A stretch of 64,000 bases of DNA, from contig OY970126.1 of assembly GCA_963705915.1 (NCBI GenBank), forward strand, positions 10,035 to 74,034. The letters run 5' to 3'. This DNA comes from an uncultured bacterium. Lineage in GTDB: Bacteria; Patescibacteriota; Minisyncoccia; UBA6257; 2-01-FULL-56-20. The notes below the pieces were generated by a model. It worked only from the letters and a program-made list of their open reading frames with translations, searched no databases and was not told where the DNA came from. Position numbers and translations under genes: made by a program. This document shows positions 38,282 through 46,931 of the stretch, in pieces; the stretch's first letter is position 1, and every line of letters starts with the position of its first letter.

Positions 38282-39671
38282 TCACGCCTTGACGTTGCCA
38301 TCGTTGCCACGTAGCTTCGCGCCGCGTGACGACGGCCCAGAGTGATTTGAGCATCGCATTGTGTTCAACGTACGTTGATATATAGAAGAGAAGCCAGCCG
38401 ATCGGCGCCGCGAGAATGAACGAAGCTTTGCGCGCCTCTTCGCGCTCGCTGAAGAGCTGTACGATGAATATCGAACCAACAACAATCATGCCCGATAAAA
38501 ATATGGAGAAGTTGTTGGTCCAGAAAGAATAGAAATAGAGGAAGATGATAAAGAAGACTTCAACGGCCAGCTGCACGTCGCCAAAAATGGCGACGGGGAA
38601 AATCACCCAGCTCACCAGTTTGTTCATTGTCCCTTCGTTTGAAAAAAATAATGAGCGGTATTTCCAGAATGTCTGCACGCGGCCTTGTCGCCAGCGGGTT
38701 CGCTGGTTCATGAGGCCGCGGATGTCGCTGGCCCCCTCGGTGTAGACGATGGCGTCGGACGCATACACAATTTTCATACCGGCCATTTGGATGCGGATCG
38801 TGAGTTCGAAGTCTTCGGTGATCACATCGGTCGTGTAGCCGCCGAGCTCTTCGAACACTTCGCGGCGGAAGGCTCCTGCTGCGCCTCCGATAATGTAGAT
38901 GGTATTGAAGAGTGAATCGGCTTTCTTGCAGTAGAAGGAGAACATATATTCGAGGTGCTGGATCGTTCCGACGAGCGTGCGGGTGTTGCCGATCTTCACG
39001 TTGCCGACCGCGGCCATCACATTCGGATCGGCAAACCATTGCACAAAATTTTCAATGGCTGTCGGGGCGACATAGCAGTCGGCATCGATCGATATGATGA
39101 TTTCGCCGGACGACAAGCCGACTCCTGCGTTGAGCGCCCGGGCTTTGCCGCCGTTTTCTTTATATTTATAGACGATGGATTTTCCCGGATGAAGATTGGC
39201 TTCATTTTTATATTCTTTCAAGAACTGGCGTATAATGTTGTCTGATTCGTCGGTCGAGCCGTCGTTTACGATCACGACTTCGATGGACTCGTAGGTGTTC
39301 TCAAGCACCGAGCGGATCGTTGCGAGGATACCGACCGCTTCGTTCCAGCAAGGGATAATAACCGACACATTCGGGCGGTAGTTCGCAATGACATCGCGAA
39401 GCTTGCTCTCGCGCCTGGCCTTCACGATGTCGTACACCGGTGAGAGCATCATGTACACAAAATATTTCACGAGAAGAACCGTGGCGAAGATGGCGATCAC
39501 AAAACGTACCGTCGGGAACGTGGTGTGGTCGTTGCTATGCAAAAAGAACGTCGAGGCAATGATGCCGAGCGTGACGATATACAAAAAAATGTAAACCGCT
39601 ATTTTGACCCCGTTGTGCTTTTTTTCTTTGTATGGTTCCATCGGCCATGGTTTTAATGGTTGATACACCAA
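38271..39671 (-). CDS. Processive family-2 glycosyltransferase (PgaC/IcaA/NodC/cellulose-synthase-like polysaccharide synthase)
   Basis: 2 N-terminal and 3-4 C-terminal TM helices. Motifs VIIPCWNE, DGSTDES, DAD, TED and the processivity motif QRTRWRQG (QxxRW). Confidence 0.8.
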   Translation of the reverse strand: MVYQPLKPWPMEPYKEKKHNGVKIAVYIFLYIVTLGIIASTFFLHSNDHTTFPTVRFVIAIFATVLLVKYFVYMMLSPVYDIVKARRESKLRDVIANYRPNVSVIIPCWNEAVGILATIRSVLENTYESIEVVIVNDGSTDESDNIIRQFLKEYKNEANLHPGKSIVYKYKENGGKARALNAGVGLSSGEIIISIDADCYVAPTAIENFVQWFADPNVMAAVGNVKIGNTRTLVGTIQHLEYMFSFYCKKADSLFNTIYIIGGAAGAFRREVFEELGGYTTDVITEDFELTIRIQMAGMKIVYASDAIVYTEGASDIRGLMNQRTRWRQGRVQTFWKYRSLFFSNEGTMNKLVSWVIFPVAIFGDVQLAVEVFFIIFLYFYSFWTNNFSIFLSGMIVVGSIFIVQLFSEREEARKASFILAAPIGWLLFYISTYVEHNAMLKSLWAVVTRREATWQRWQRQGVNDA

Positions 39672-39934
39672 AGCGCATATCGTCCGGTGATATTCGACGC
39701 GGCGATGCAGGCGAGGAAAAGAGTGACCACCTTATACGACGCGTTGAATGGCGTGACGATGAGATACCATACGGTGGCGATCATGCCGAGGCAGAATACA
39801 ATAAACCCAATGGTGAGCGCCACGTGTTTTGCGACGAGTATCGCATACGCTCCGCGCGCCGCTGCCGGCTTTTCTGCCGGACGCGTGCGGGGAGCGTATA
39901 CAACACGAGGTTGTTCGAGCATGTCAGTTTTCAC
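39653..39934 (-). CDS. Small 2-TM membrane protein, translationally coupled upstream of the GT2 synthase
   Basis: 93 aa. 19-nt overlap with the synthase start. Confidence 0.4.
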   Translation of the reverse strand: MKTDMLEQPRVVYAPRTRPAEKPAAARGAYAILVAKHVALTIGFIVFCLGMIATVWYLIVTPFNASYKVVTLFLACIAASNITGRYALWCINH

Positions 39935-39961
39935 TTTGGATCATACGAGGAGGTCACCCGC

Positions 39962-39982
39962 ATTCGTTACGTTTGATTTGTA
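39962..39982. promoter_or_regulatory. Palindrome CGTTAC-N9-GTAACG in the upstream region of the synthase operon
   Basis: 6-bp arms. A TATGAT -10-like box follows on the minus strand. Confidence 0.3.
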
Positions 39983-40015
39983 ACGGATGCCGTCATCGGC
40001 CCGTAGGTCTCGCCG

Positions 40016-40040
40016 TAAAAAAATCCCGGTCTGAACCGGG
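40016..40040 (-). terminator. Terminator hairpin CCCGGTC..AACCGGG with an A8/T8 run, after the HTH gene
   Basis: GC-rich hairpin followed by a U-run on the minus strand. Confidence 0.6.
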
Positions 40041-40125
40041 CTAAAACTTCTTCGAAATTTTATAGAGAATGATCGCGCCGACCACCATGCCGGCTACGAA
40101 GGTGAGGAGATAACCCATATGCTTA

Positions 40126-40536
40126 TCATTTCGATTTTTTCCGCCAGGTGTGTCCGCGCCAAATATCGTAAATATGGGTTGCAGAAACTTTGAATCGCAC
40201 AGCGAGCTCGCGGGCGGTGAGTCGGGGGTTGTCCTCTTTGAGCTTTCTGATAATCTCGACTTCTTGTGGGGTAAGGCGTGATGCGAGGCGGGCGTAGCGG
40301 CGGCGGTCTTCTGCGGTGCCCGTGCCGGCGGAAGACGCTTCAGATGGCCGCCAGGAAAGGCCATTTAAAATATTGCGCATATGGCTGATCGAAACCCCGA
40401 ACCGTTCTGCGAGCTCATGGGGCGTGATCGACGGGTCTTCTTTTTTTATCTTTCTGATAGCCGCGACTTCGTGTTCGTTGAGGCGCGAGGGGATCCGCGG
40501 GAATCGCCTGCGTTCATTGATGTGGTTATCGTCCAT
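40126..40536 (-). CDS. Tandem helix-turn-helix protein (two repeats of an approximately 45-aa HTH module); putative transcriptional regulator
   Basis: Internal repeat: LNEHEVAAIRKIKKEDPSITPHELAERFGVSISHMRNILNGLSWR and LTPQEVEIIRKLKEDNPRLTARELAVRFKVSATHIYDIWRGHTWR. Confidence 0.6.
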   Translation of the reverse strand: MDDNHINERRRFPRIPSRLNEHEVAAIRKIKKEDPSITPHELAERFGVSISHMRNILNGLSWRPSEASSAGTGTAEDRRRYARLASRLTPQEVEIIRKLKEDNPRLTARELAVRFKVSATHIYDIWRGHTWRKKSK

Positions 40537-40584
40537 AACAATGATTGTAAAATATTTTTACGCATATGTACAAGTGAATACGGA

Positions 40585-40600
40585 AATTCAGATCTGAATT
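40585..40600. promoter_or_regulatory. Perfect 16-bp palindrome AATTCAGATCTGAATT in the divergent promoter region between the HTH gene and the sensor/GGDEF-EAL operon
   Basis: Read from the sequence. Flanked by additional TGAAT repeats. Confidence 0.5.
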
Positions 40601-40646
40601 CTACGAACATTGAATGCCCTTCACAACGTGTGCTAGCATTGAACGG

Positions 40647-41189
40647 ATGCAAGGACAGCCGACCATCAGAGGTATTTTTTTGAAGAGTCATATCCGCGCG
40701 GTCGAGCGTGCGAAGGGCAAGCAGGGGCTTGATCAACTTGAGGCTTGCTTCGGAAAGTCGATCGCTTTCAAAAATTCCGACAACGTTCCGATCCGGGATG
40801 AGGTGGCGCTTCTCGAATGTGCCTTGCGCATTATGGGCGACGAATCAATTCCGCCGGATCGCATTGCATACGAAGCCGGCCGCCTGCATTTTGAAAACTT
40901 CGCGACGACGCCGCTCGGCAAAATCACGCTGCCTTTTTTCAAACATAACTACAAAATGATTATGCTCAACGCGCGGTATCTCGGCGTGCACGTGTTCCAT
41001 GGCGTGAAGTTTGCGAGCGAAGAACTTGGTCCATCAGCCGTCTATCTCGTGATGAGCAACGCCGATTATCCCATCGAACACTTTCAGGGCCTCCTCCAGG
41101 CATGGATGGAATATTGCGAGCTCAAGGGTTCCGTCACGGCAAAAAAGATCGAAGAACATGTACACGCTTATACTATCGAATGGCAATAG
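40647..41189 (+). CDS. Putative sensor or accessory protein (about 180 aa), translationally coupled to the GGDEF-EAL gene
   Basis: Start taken at MQGQPTIRGIF. Stop overlaps the next start as ATGGCAATAG. Family not resolved. Confidence 0.45.
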   Translation: MQGQPTIRGIFLKSHIRAVERAKGKQGLDQLEACFGKSIAFKNSDNVPIRDEVALLECALRIMGDESIPPDRIAYEAGRLHFENFATTPLGKITLPFFKHNYKMIMLNARYLGVHVFHGVKFASEELGPSAVYLVMSNADYPIEHFQGLLQAWMEYCELKGSVTAKKIEEHVHAYTIEWQ

Positions 41190-42724
41190 ACCCACTTGAA
41201 GAATATAAAAAAAAGGTGAAAAACCGGCTCGCGTCGTTCGGGAGTATCTTTGCCAAAGCTTCGATCGGCGATTATTCGGAAGATGCCGTGATCCCGGAAG
41301 ACGAGAGCGACGAGTTTTCGGAACTCGCGGCTGGCATTCAGGTGATGATCGAGGTGATCCGCGAGCGTATCGAGGAACTCGAGGCCGAAATTGCGGATCG
41401 CAAAATTATCGAAGAGCGCATCCGGCACCAGGCGCTCCACGATCCGTTGACTGGCTTGCCGAACCGGAAACTGTTCGAAGAGCGGCTCGCGGTGGTGTTC
41501 CCGGAAGCGTTCCGGGAAAATAAAAAGATGGCGGTTTTATATTTCGATATCGATCGCTTTAAACAGGTGAACGATGTATATGGTCATGAAGTCGGCGATT
41601 TACTCCTCAAAGAATTCACCGCGCGCGTCCGCGACTGCCTTCCGAAAGAAAATGTTTTTGCCCGTATAGGCGGCGATGAATTCGTGGCCGTACTTACCGA
41701 CGTGAAAGAGCGCAACGAGGTGATGAAGATCTTGAAGAAAATCGTTGAAGTGCTCGAGTCGTCGATGCCGATCGAATCAAAAACCATTTTTCTTTCCACG
41801 AGTATCGGCGTCGCCATGTTTCCGCGCGACGGTCGCGACCTTCGCTCGCTCCTCGCAAATTCCGATGTTGCGCTTTCGCATGCAAAGCAGGGTGGGCGCA
41901 ACCATTATCGTTTCTACCGCTCAGTCATGAACAAAGAGGCGTCGGCGCGCCTCGCGATCGTGCAGGAACTCCGCCAGGCGGTGATTGCAAATCAGATGGA
42001 GGCGTTTTACCAGCCAGTCATCAATTTGAAAACCAACCGTATCATGAACGCTGAGGCGCTGCTCCGATGGCGCCATCCTGAACGCGGCATTATTGCAGCC
42101 GCCGATTTCATTCCGCTTGCCTATGACCACGGCATCATGCGCGTGCTCGGCGAGGCCGTGCTCACGTCGGTTTTTCAGGATCAACGTATGTGGCAGCGCC
42201 GGGGGATGCCGCGGATTCGCGTGGCAGTGAATCTTTCTTCGCGCGAATTCACCGATCGCGGTTTTGTGGAAAAACTCAAGCGTATGCTCACCGAATATGA
42301 AATTTCGCCGACGCTCCTCGAGTTCGAAATCGTGGAAAGCCTTGCGATGGAAAACATAAGTCTTGCCAAGGAGCGATTCAAAACGTTCCACAAGCTTGGC
42401 ATTACGATTACGATCGACGACTTCGGCATCGGATATTCCTCATTGAGTTATTTAAAGGGCCTGCCTGTCGACAAATTAAAAATCGACCAGTCATTTATAC
42501 GGAATAGCGTGAAGAGCCGCGAGGATCGCGCCATCATCCAAACGATCATTACGCTCGGCCACAATTTAAATTTGAAAGTGATCGCCGAAGGGGTTGAGAC
42601 AAAGGAGCAGCTCAAGCTATTGCAGGAAATGGGCTGTGACGGCGTGCAAGGGTTCCGCGTCGCGCGGCCGATGTCGTCCGAAGCGCTTGTGCATTGGATT
42701 TCCAAGACCGAACCGATCGTGTAG
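41180..42724 (+). CDS. Bifunctional diguanylate cyclase / phosphodiesterase (GGDEF-EAL)
   Basis: GGDEF active site RIGGDEF. EAL motifs EALLRWRHPE, EFEIVES and DDFGIGYSSL. N-terminal coiled-coil. Confidence 0.9.
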   Translation: MAIDPLEEYKKKVKNRLASFGSIFAKASIGDYSEDAVIPEDESDEFSELAAGIQVMIEVIRERIEELEAEIADRKIIEERIRHQALHDPLTGLPNRKLFEERLAVVFPEAFRENKKMAVLYFDIDRFKQVNDVYGHEVGDLLLKEFTARVRDCLPKENVFARIGGDEFVAVLTDVKERNEVMKILKKIVEVLESSMPIESKTIFLSTSIGVAMFPRDGRDLRSLLANSDVALSHAKQGGRNHYRFYRSVMNKEASARLAIVQELRQAVIANQMEAFYQPVINLKTNRIMNAEALLRWRHPERGIIAAADFIPLAYDHGIMRVLGEAVLTSVFQDQRMWQRRGMPRIRVAVNLSSREFTDRGFVEKLKRMLTEYEISPTLLEFEIVESLAMENISLAKERFKTFHKLGITITIDDFGIGYSSLSYLKGLPVDKLKIDQSFIRNSVKSREDRAIIQTIITLGHNLNLKVIAEGVETKEQLKLLQEMGCDGVQGFRVARPMSSEALVHWISKTEPIV

Positions 42725-42816
42725 TAAAGAGCGCGGCCGGGCGGGCTTTACTTTTTTGGGGAAATGATGTATTATGGGTGCGTCCTTTACCATCATAAAA
42801 AAGAGGAGGCAACCAC

Positions 42817-43515
42817 GTGGCAACGTTACCAGTTGAGCTTGCTTTTCGCGGATCCATCGACAAGATCGCAGAGAATACTGAGGGCTTGTACAAGGGGAGT
42901 CTTGAACATTACGTAGCGGCGGTTTTCAACGACGCGAATAACGTCGACCATCCGTACCACAACTTCTGTCACATGGGGTTCATGTTGTGGCGGTGTCACG
43001 ACGCGTGCCGCTTCTATCAAAAGGTACTTTCAAGGGTCCAGATGCGGAACGTGCTCATCGCAGCTGTCATGCACGATTACGACCACACCGGTACCGCTGG
43101 CCCCGATTCCAGGAATATCCGAAGGGCACATGTGGGACTCGGCACCTGCATTCTTCCTGAGGATTTGGATTCATATGACGATATCACGGGCATCATCGAT
43201 GCCAGCGAATATCCTTACCGGGTGGATTCTCCACCTTCGCACGAACTCCCACTCACGTCGCAGATCATCCGCGACGCCGACCTAACCCAGGTGTTCAGTT
43301 CGACCTGGATCCAACAAGTCCCGTTCGGGCTGGCCAAGGAATGGGGGAAGCGTCCGATCGAAGTGCTGCGGATGCAGATACCTTTTTTGCAGAACCTCCG
43401 CTTTGTCACCGAATGGGCGCGTACGTTGTTCCCGCCGAGCGTCATCGATGAGAAGATCGGAGAAGTGCGAGGCCTCCTCCGAGTTGTAGACAGGGAAGCA
43501 AAGACTTCTCGGTAG
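42817..43515 (+). CDS. HD-domain metal-dependent phosphohydrolase
   Basis: H..H...HD..D pattern (HNFCHM ... VMHDYDH). GTG start preceded by an AAGAGGAGG SD. Confidence 0.7.
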   Translation: MATLPVELAFRGSIDKIAENTEGLYKGSLEHYVAAVFNDANNVDHPYHNFCHMGFMLWRCHDACRFYQKVLSRVQMRNVLIAAVMHDYDHTGTAGPDSRNIRRAHVGLGTCILPEDLDSYDDITGIIDASEYPYRVDSPPSHELPLTSQIIRDADLTQVFSSTWIQQVPFGLAKEWGKRPIEVLRMQIPFLQNLRFVTEWARTLFPPSVIDEKIGEVRGLLRVVDREAKTSR

Positions 43516-43525
43516 TCGCCACGGC

Positions 43526-43556
43526 AAAGCCGGTTCATCGAACCGGTTTTTTCTTT
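43526..43556 (+). terminator. Rho-independent terminator (CCGGTTCATCGAACCGG plus T7)
   Basis: Hairpin and U-tract 10 nt after the HD gene stop. Confidence 0.75.
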
Positions 43557-43582
43557 TATATCTGGTACGACAAACCGGACGT

Positions 43583-43897
43583 CTAGCTCTTGATGTCTCC
43601 GCTCGCGCGGCCAATATGCACAACGTTCAGTTTTTGGTTGGGAAGCGGATTGATAAATTGTTTCTCCTGTGCGAATCGCAATGTTCCGCTATTGTCGAGA
43701 CGATAGGAAAGCGTGACTTTTGCTCCGTCTTTCTTTTTGAAGACGAGCTTGGAGATTCCATTAAGGATTGGCGTCTTGCTGATGTAGCTCATGATGCCGT
43801 CTTCCTTCTCTCGGACGAGCCGTTTTATTTCAAAATCAAGTTTTTGATTAAGTCCGTCTAAGGTGACGGGAATATAGCGAGGGTGAGGTTTCCGCAT
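43583..43897 (-). CDS. Hypothetical protein
   Basis: 104 aa. No motif recognised. Confidence 0.35.
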   Translation of the reverse strand: MRKPHPRYIPVTLDGLNQKLDFEIKRLVREKEDGIMSYISKTPILNGISKLVFKKKDGAKVTLSYRLDNSGTLRFAQEKQFINPLPNQKLNVVHIGRASGDIKS

Positions 43898-44004
43898 TGG
43901 ACTCTCAGTATAGCATGTTTTCCAAAGTCGCGTATTCCGCCCGCGGTGACTGGACGACCTTCGATTCGCTGTAGTATGATGCAGGCAGATCTGAAAGGAG
44001 ATGA

Positions 44005-44244
44005 ATGACCGTGGATGCAGACGATTTACGCAGGTTTATTCCCAATAACGATCTTCGTTGTGTAAGCTGCGGGGCGGTGCTTAGGAAAACTTCTCGTGAT
44101 CCCTCTGGCCGGCTGTGCGGTCCGTGTCGACGGAAAGTGAATGAGTCTCCTCTGGTTGAAGATGTTACCAACCAAATGCCGACCTCCGAGGAGTCGATCG
44201 AGCAACTTGAAGTTCGCCTCCGGCTGGCAGGAATCGTTCAATAG
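44005..44244 (+). CDS. Small zinc-ribbon protein (CxxC...CxxC)
   Basis: CVSCG ... CGPCRRK. 79 aa. Confidence 0.4.
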   Translation: MTVDADDLRRFIPNNDLRCVSCGAVLRKTSRDPSGRLCGPCRRKVNESPLVEDVTNQMPTSEESIEQLEVRLRLAGIVQ

Positions 44245-44277
44245 AAAACTGGACAAGCGTCCAGTTTCTTTTTTTAT

Positions 44278-44982
44278 TTAGAGCGGCACGGCTGACCCTT
44301 GAGGCCAACAAGTTTTCGGCGGCGGTTCGTTGGCGGGGATTGGTCCGGCTATCGTGCACACGTCGCCCGCAGGGCAATCGCTATCGGTTTGGCAAATCTG
44401 CTTACCCTGGAAATAACCGAGCGAGGACGACGACGCGTCGAACGCGTGGAGGGGATTGCCTTGTATGATCGTTTCCACTTCTTGCCAACCATTTGGGTAG
44501 GCGTAATCATATCGCGGCGGCAGAGCGAAGACGTAGGTTGTATTTTCGCCGAGCTCCGAAGGTGGGAATGGCGCTGCGCTCACGGTGAGCGTTCCCGAAG
44601 TAACCGCGCTCCATTCGCTATGGGTGAATATCATGATCGGGATATCCTGCCATGGATTTGTTTGTGTCCACTGGGGATTCCGAATGAGGATCTCCGGGCC
44701 GGTCACCGTCGGACATCCGTTCGCCGGACATCCTTCGTTGCTGTTTCCGTTCCAGGTTGAGGTCACGATCGAATATCCCTGCCAATCGGTTGGCAAGGAG
44801 AACGTGAAACCGTAATCATTATTGGTGTACGTCACACTGCCGGCAGGCGTGGACGTGGATACTATTATATTGCCCGGTGGCTGCACGGGTTGGCCTGTCT
44901 TGTAATACCAAACGATACCGACCGCGATAGCAGCCGCAACGATGATGCCCACACCGAGCGAAAAAGAGATTTGCTTCTTCAT
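44278..44982 (-). CDS. Membrane-anchored extracytoplasmic protein with a Cys-rich C-terminus
   Basis: N-terminal TM helix. Trp-rich beta-type domain. Six Cys near the C-terminus. Confidence 0.5.
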   Translation of the reverse strand: MKKQISFSLGVGIIVAAAIAVGIVWYYKTGQPVQPPGNIIVSTSTPAGSVTYTNNDYGFTFSLPTDWQGYSIVTSTWNGNSNEGCPANGCPTVTGPEILIRNPQWTQTNPWQDIPIMIFTHSEWSAVTSGTLTVSAAPFPPSELGENTTYVFALPPRYDYAYPNGWQEVETIIQGNPLHAFDASSSSLGYFQGKQICQTDSDCPAGDVCTIAGPIPANEPPPKTCWPQGSAVPL

Positions 44983-45059
44983 GGCTTAATTGTAGCACGG
45001 GGGAGCGCGGAAGATTTTTTGCGCATGCCGTCCGAGCGGACGGCACTCATTTTTTTACG

Positions 45060-45221
45060 AACGATGCATAAACCTCAAATAGAACGCTCCGAAGATCAAG
45101 ACGATGCCAATGTTCGCCATCAGCCGTTCCCAGACGTAATTTCTAAAGAATAGGATATCCGCGGCGACTATAACGAGGGCCATGAGCACAATGACGATGG
45201 TTAAAACGTAGGGTGAGTTCA
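45060..45221 (-). CDS. Small membrane protein (53 aa, 2 TM); not in the ORF track
   Basis: ORF MNSPYVLTIVIVLMALVIVAADILFFRNYVWERLMANIGIVLIFGAFYLRFMHRS read on the minus strand. Confidence 0.3.
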
Positions 45222-45265
45222 TTAAAGATACGTGTCGATATACTTGTGACGGCCTTTATATGATT

Positions 45266-46744
45266 TTACCACGCCTCGAGATCGAGTGTCTGGTCGATTT
45301 TGATCTGCTGTATAAAACTCGGCACGTGGCTCACGAGTACCATAGCACCTTCATATTTATCGAGCGCTTTTGCGATTACCGGGATATGGCGGAAGTTGAT
45401 GTGATTTGTCGGTTCGTCGAGAATGAGGAGCCCTGGTTTTTCGAGAGAGATCTTTGCAAAAGCTACTAGTCCTTTTTGGCCCTCCGAAAGCGCGCCGACT
45501 TTGGTTTGTAATAGCTCTGCATTGAGGAGGAATCCGGCGGCCGTTGAGCGGAGTTCTTGTTGCGTGCCGCCTTCCATGGCATCGCGGAGCGTGTCGTAAA
45601 CGGTTTTATCAAAATCGAGAGTCGAGAAGTCCTGCCGGTAATAGCTCACGCGAATGCCGGGCGCAATATGTTCGCCTTTGGCATGCCCCGTGGCAAGGGT
45701 TTCAAGGAGCGTGGTTTTTCCAATGCCGTTCGGGCCGGCGAGAAGAAGCCGTTCTTTTTTCTTGAGCACTACCTTCACCTTTTTTATCGTCGGTTTGTGG
45801 TTTTTCATGATAGAGACCGAATCAAGCTCGAGGATCCGGCCGCTTATATCCGGTTGGCAGGGGATAAAGAAATTTCTGATCGTCTTATCTTCCTCGCGGG
45901 TTTCCACGATGTCGCCTTCGAGTTCTTGAATTTTTTCGTTCATTTTGCGGGCAACGTCACGCATGTGCCCTCCTTTCTGTGCAAAGAAATTTGCCTGGTC
46001 TTTGCGGTGCTGGATATCTTTTTCGAGCCGCACGTTTTTCATGCGTTCGCGCTCTAATCGTTTTTTAATCTCTTCGACCACGTTAAAATAATCCCCGGTA
46101 TATTGTTCAACGGTCTTCGTGAAAATATCGAGATAGAGCACGCCTTGGGTGAACGAGTTCAGGAAATCTGCGTCGTGGGAGATCACGATGCAGGTTTTTG
46201 GATAGGCCTTTAAAAACTCCGTGAGGTGCGCAATGCCCTGCTTGTCGAGATTGTTTGTCGGTTCATCGAGGAGAAGGATATCGGGGTTTTGGATTATGGC
46301 TTGAGCGAGAAGCAGTCGCGCCTGTTGGCCGCCTGAGAACGAGCGCAGGGGCTTATCAAGCGGAGCCTTGAGGTGCACAACGTCCAGAATATTTTTTATG
46401 CGCGGTTCGATGTCGTATATTTTTTTGGAAAATGCTTTTGCAAAGAATTCCTGTACGGTGAGATCCATCTGGTCGCGAGGGATAACTTGGCGGCTGATGG
46501 CCATCGTGAGGCCGCGCTCGATGTGAATGGCGCCTTCTTCGGGTTTGAAGTCGCCCACGATCAATTTGAATATCGTCGTCTTGCCTGCGCCGTTCTGACC
46601 CATGAGCGTCACCTTCGAACCTTCGCGCAAAGAAAAATTCGCTTCGCGAAGAATAGGCGTGCGCCCATATTCAAAGGAAACCTTATCAAATCGCACAATA
46701 ACCTTATTGCTCAGCATGTCGCCTAGTATACCAAAAAAAGGCAT
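45266..46744 (-). CDS. ABC-F family ATPase (two ABC domains, no TMD)
   Basis: Two Walker A motifs (GQNGAGKTT, GPNGIGKTT) and two signature motifs (LSGGQQARLLLA, LSEGQKGLV). Confidence 0.85.
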   Translation of the reverse strand: MPFFGILGDMLSNKVIVRFDKVSFEYGRTPILREANFSLREGSKVTLMGQNGAGKTTIFKLIVGDFKPEEGAIHIERGLTMAISRQVIPRDQMDLTVQEFFAKAFSKKIYDIEPRIKNILDVVHLKAPLDKPLRSFSGGQQARLLLAQAIIQNPDILLLDEPTNNLDKQGIAHLTEFLKAYPKTCIVISHDADFLNSFTQGVLYLDIFTKTVEQYTGDYFNVVEEIKKRLERERMKNVRLEKDIQHRKDQANFFAQKGGHMRDVARKMNEKIQELEGDIVETREEDKTIRNFFIPCQPDISGRILELDSVSIMKNHKPTIKKVKVVLKKKERLLLAGPNGIGKTTLLETLATGHAKGEHIAPGIRVSYYRQDFSTLDFDKTVYDTLRDAMEGGTQQELRSTAAGFLLNAELLQTKVGALSEGQKGLVAFAKISLEKPGLLILDEPTNHINFRHIPVIAKALDKYEGAMVLVSHVPSFIQQIKIDQTLDLEAW

Positions 46745-46770
46745 GCGGTGTGGGCGCGTGCCTTTTTTGA
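46738..46770. terminator. Hairpin GGCATGCG..GCGCGTGCC flanked by A7 and T6
   Basis: Probable terminator of the 46932 gene on the minus strand. Confidence 0.55.
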
Positions 46771-46931
46771 TAACGACGTGGCGGCAGATCCTATTTGCGT
46801 CTCTTGCTCTTCTTCGCCTCTAACATAAGCCGCTTTATCTCCAACCGCTTTTTGGTTTTCTTCGAACTCGATTTTTGTCTATTTATCCAATGTCCTCTTT
46901 TTGCCATGGGAAGTGTTTTTTATTATTTTTA

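Noticed and set aside
40647-41189. Confident H-NOX assignment for the sensor upstream of GGDEF-EAL
   Set aside because: The M-x-G N-terminus is suggestive, but the YxSxR haem-propionate motif and a clear proximal-His context are missing. Left as an unassigned sensor.
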